Shown in pieces: positions 22,458 to 24,598 of a stretch of 24,598 nt of DNA; position 1 is the first letter of the stretch, and every line of letters begins with the position of its first letter. Source of the DNA: an uncultured Bdellovibrionales bacterium (GTDB lineage: Bacteria > Patescibacteriota > Minisyncoccia > Moranbacterales > DUUL01). The DNA lies in contig CAZRQA010000003.1 in assembly GCA_964602335.1 (NCBI GenBank), positions 1 to 24,598 of the forward strand. Direction: 5' to 3'. The translations under genes were made by a program, and so were the position numbers. A model generated the notes under the pieces. It was not told where the DNA came from, did no database searches, and saw nothing but the letters and a program-made list of their open reading frames with translations.

Positions 22458-23423
22458 ATGTTAGAACTTTTTATCTGGATTACAGTTTTCGTCTTCAGTT
22501 TATATGTATTAAGCAAGTCTTCCGATTATTTTTCCGACTCAGCGGAAAGAGTGGGCCTGTTCCTGGGCTTTTCTCCTTTTATTGTTGGTGTTACCATAGT
22601 AGCGCTGGGAACGTCTTTTCCGGAATTAATTTCCTCCATTCTTGCAGTACTTAGAAATTCTTCCGAGATTGTTATAGGCAACGTAATCGGATCTAACGTG
22701 ACTAATATTTTTTTGGTTTTAGGAATTGCGGTAATTGTTGGGAAAAGAATGAAGATAGCCCGTGAATTGATTAATGTTGACTTGCCGCTTTTTGCCAGCT
22801 CCGCTTTTCTTTTAATTTTAATGATCTGGGATGGGGAATTTACTTTTTTTGAAGGCATAATCAGCCTTCTGGCGTTTGCGGTTTATCTTTTTTATATGAT
22901 TAAAACCGGAAAAAAGCATACGGCCTACAAGGAAGTCAAGAAAGAAGAATTGCAAATAAAAAGAAAAGAAAAAAAGTTAAATTCGCGTACAATTTTTGTC
23001 CTAATTATTAGCTTAATAATAGTTTTTATAAGCGCTAGCTTTACTATTGAATCAATTTTAAAACTTTCTGCTATATTAAATATCGGCAAAGAAATAATTG
23101 CTGCCAGCGCAGTGGCTTTGGGAACGTCTTTGCCGGAGTTAATGGTGAGCATTAGTGCCGCTCGTCGAGGGAAGTCTGAAATTGCGGTAGGAAATATTTT
23201 AGGATCCAATATTTTTAATTGTTTAATTGTTATGGGAATTCCGGCTTTATTGGGAACTCTGATAATTCCTCAGAGCATAATTTTTTTCGGTATTCCGGTG
23301 TTGCTGGCGGCTACCTTTTTATATTTTTTTGCCACTCAAGACAAGCAGATTACCCGCTGGGAAGGCTGGATGCTAATTGTTTTTTATGTTTTTTATCTTG
23401 GCAAGCTGTTTAACTTATTTTAA
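22458..23423 (+). CDS. Calcium/sodium antiporter (CaCA family, YrbG-like)
   Basis: Two alpha repeats GTSFPEL..GNVIGSN and GTSLPEL..GNILGSN; ~10 TM segments. Confidence 0.93.
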   Translation: MLELFIWITVFVFSLYVLSKSSDYFSDSAERVGLFLGFSPFIVGVTIVALGTSFPELISSILAVLRNSSEIVIGNVIGSNVTNIFLVLGIAVIVGKRMKIARELINVDLPLFASSAFLLILMIWDGEFTFFEGIISLLAFAVYLFYMIKTGKKHTAYKEVKKEELQIKRKEKKLNSRTIFVLIISLIIVFISASFTIESILKLSAILNIGKEIIAASAVALGTSLPELMVSISAARRGKSEIAVGNILGSNIFNCLIVMGIPALLGTLIIPQSIIFFGIPVLLAATFLYFFATQDKQITRWEGWMLIVFYVFYLGKLFNLF

Positions 23424-23429
23424 TTTTTT

Positions 23430-24149
23430 ATGAATTATCAATTAGAAGCTATCATTCTAAAAGAGTGGGACGCCAAAGGCTTTGATAGGTTTTACGAAAT
23501 ATTTTCCAAGGAAAAAGGAAAAGTGAATGTAATCGCTAAGGGAGTGAGAAAGAGCAATGCCCGCTTGGCCGGCGGAATGGAGCCAATTACCTATTCTAAG
23601 GTTTACCTTTTTAAGGGCAAGCGGGTTGACAGGCTGATAGGAGTTTTAGTTTTAGAACAATTCTTATCTATCAAGCAAAACCTTGGATTAATCGGAGAAG
23701 TGCAAAAAGCTAGCTGGATTCTTAGAAATTTTTTAGGAGAGCAGGAGCCTAATGAAAAAATTTTTCAACTATTCTTGAATTATCTAAAAAGAACTGACAA
23801 AAAAAAATCTAAGAATAATCTGCAATTTTTATTTTTTTTGTGGTGCTTAATAAAAGAAAGTGGATATCAATTCCAGCTGGTTAGATGCATCCATTGCAAT
23901 AAAAAACTAGCTATTAATCCAAAACATTTTTTTTCTTTTAAGCGGGGAGTAATTTGCCCTAAATGTGCGTCTCAAGAGAGGCAAAAAATAGAAATATACG
24001 AAGAGAGTATAAAGTTGTTAAGAGTGTTTCAGCAAGGAAAAACAAATTTAATTGAAAAGCTTAAAGTAGAAGAAAAAACTAGGATTCAGTTGATGCTGAT
24101 AACAAAAAACATACTGGAGAACCTACTTAATAAACAGGTTTATTTATAA
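23430..24149 (+). CDS. recO: DNA repair protein RecO
   Basis: AIILK..DRFYEIFSKEKGKVNVIAKGVRKSNARLAGGMEP; Zn motif CIHC..GVICPKC. Confidence 0.93.
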   Translation: MNYQLEAIILKEWDAKGFDRFYEIFSKEKGKVNVIAKGVRKSNARLAGGMEPITYSKVYLFKGKRVDRLIGVLVLEQFLSIKQNLGLIGEVQKASWILRNFLGEQEPNEKIFQLFLNYLKRTDKKKSKNNLQFLFFLWCLIKESGYQFQLVRCIHCNKKLAINPKHFFSFKRGVICPKCASQERQKIEIYEESIKLLRVFQQGKTNLIEKLKVEEKTRIQLMLITKNILENLLNKQVYL

Positions 24150-24151
24150 AA

Positions 24152-24180
24152 TTGATTTATTTGTTTAATTTATTTATAAT
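24152..24180 (+). promoter_or_regulatory. Sigma70-type promoter candidate
   Basis: TTGATT (24152-24157), 17 bp, TATAAT (24175-24180), 35 bp before the ATG at 24216. Confidence 0.4.
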
Positions 24181-24215
24181 TTAAAACAAGAGAAGATAAT
24201 AAATAATTTAAAATT

Positions 24216-24598
24216 ATGACAAAACAAAAAAATAAAACAGCCGAAAGGGATAACGCTTTTTTCTTTTTCAGCGTGGCCCTGCTTATAATTTCTTTTATTT
24301 TTATTGTAGTCTTTGTTAAAACCAAAGCACTAAATAAAGAATCTTTAAGCACTAGCCTAGTAAAGCAAAACGATTTAATTGTTGAAACAGCACTAATAAG
24401 GCAATCCAGCAAGGATAACGCATCAGTAATAACTTGTAATCAAGAATCTTTAAATAGCTGTTTAACAAAGATTAACAACATCAATAGAGACTTAGTGGCT
24501 CCTCCGGCTGGAGCAGCGGAGAATATTTTAGTAATTTCCGCTATCTTGATGGGACTTTTGGGAGTAATTATTTTCCTGGGTTTAAAATTTCGCTGGTA
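24216..24598 (+). CDS. Small two-TM hypothetical protein (not in the ORF track; runs to the window edge)
   Basis: Hand translation gives 127 open codons, MTKQKNKTAERDNAFFFFSVALL...GVIIFLGLKFRW, followed by the partial codon TA (possibly a stop). Confidence 0.65.
   Translation, partial: MTKQKNKTAERDNAFFFFSVALLIISFIFIVVFVKTKALNKESLSTSLVKQNDLIVETALIRQSSKDNASVITCNQESLNSCLTKINNINRDLVAPPAGAAENILVISAILMGLLGVIIFLGLKFRW

Noticed and set aside
23219-23413. 64-aa plus-strand ORF in another frame of the antiporter (also 5810-6028)
   Set aside because: Out-of-frame overlap with well-supported genes and no evidence of independent coding.
1-24598. Alternative genetic code (TGA as Gly, as in Gracilibacteria/Absconditabacteria)
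   Set aside because: All long genes translate uninterrupted and at expected lengths under code 11 with no in-frame TGA.

Overview
AT-rich bacterial chromosomal window in which every credible gene lies on the + strand. Gene content and protein families point to Patescibacteria/CPR, probably Parcubacteria (inference). It opens at the replication origin: 5'-truncated dnaA, a dnaA-dnaN intergenic oriC, dnaN and a DciA/DUF721-like gene, followed by a two-domain UbiA-family prenyltransferase. Next is a tightly packed, probably co-transcribed 11-gene block (4756-18587) encoding a monoderm-type T4SS-like machine: VirB6-like, PrgI/VirB3-like, TrsD-like and VirB4 ATPase genes, plus a VirB2-like pilin fused to a lytic-transglycosylase-like domain. 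The block also encodes Ca-binding-motif surface proteins, a 989-aa Cys-rich adhesin-like protein and a CAAX/CPBP protease homologue lacking its catalytic histidines. No relaxase, coupling protein or integrase is visible in the window. The rest holds a membrane-anchored beta-propeller, an NrdG-type radical SAM activase, DUF167, ComEC, a Ca2+/Na+ antiporter, RecO and a small membrane ORF at the edge. No rRNA, tRNA, CRISPR array or IS element was seen. The best leads are the pilin-muramidase fusion and the accessory genes around this origin-linked T4SS. Family calls come from motif recognition by eye, not database searches.
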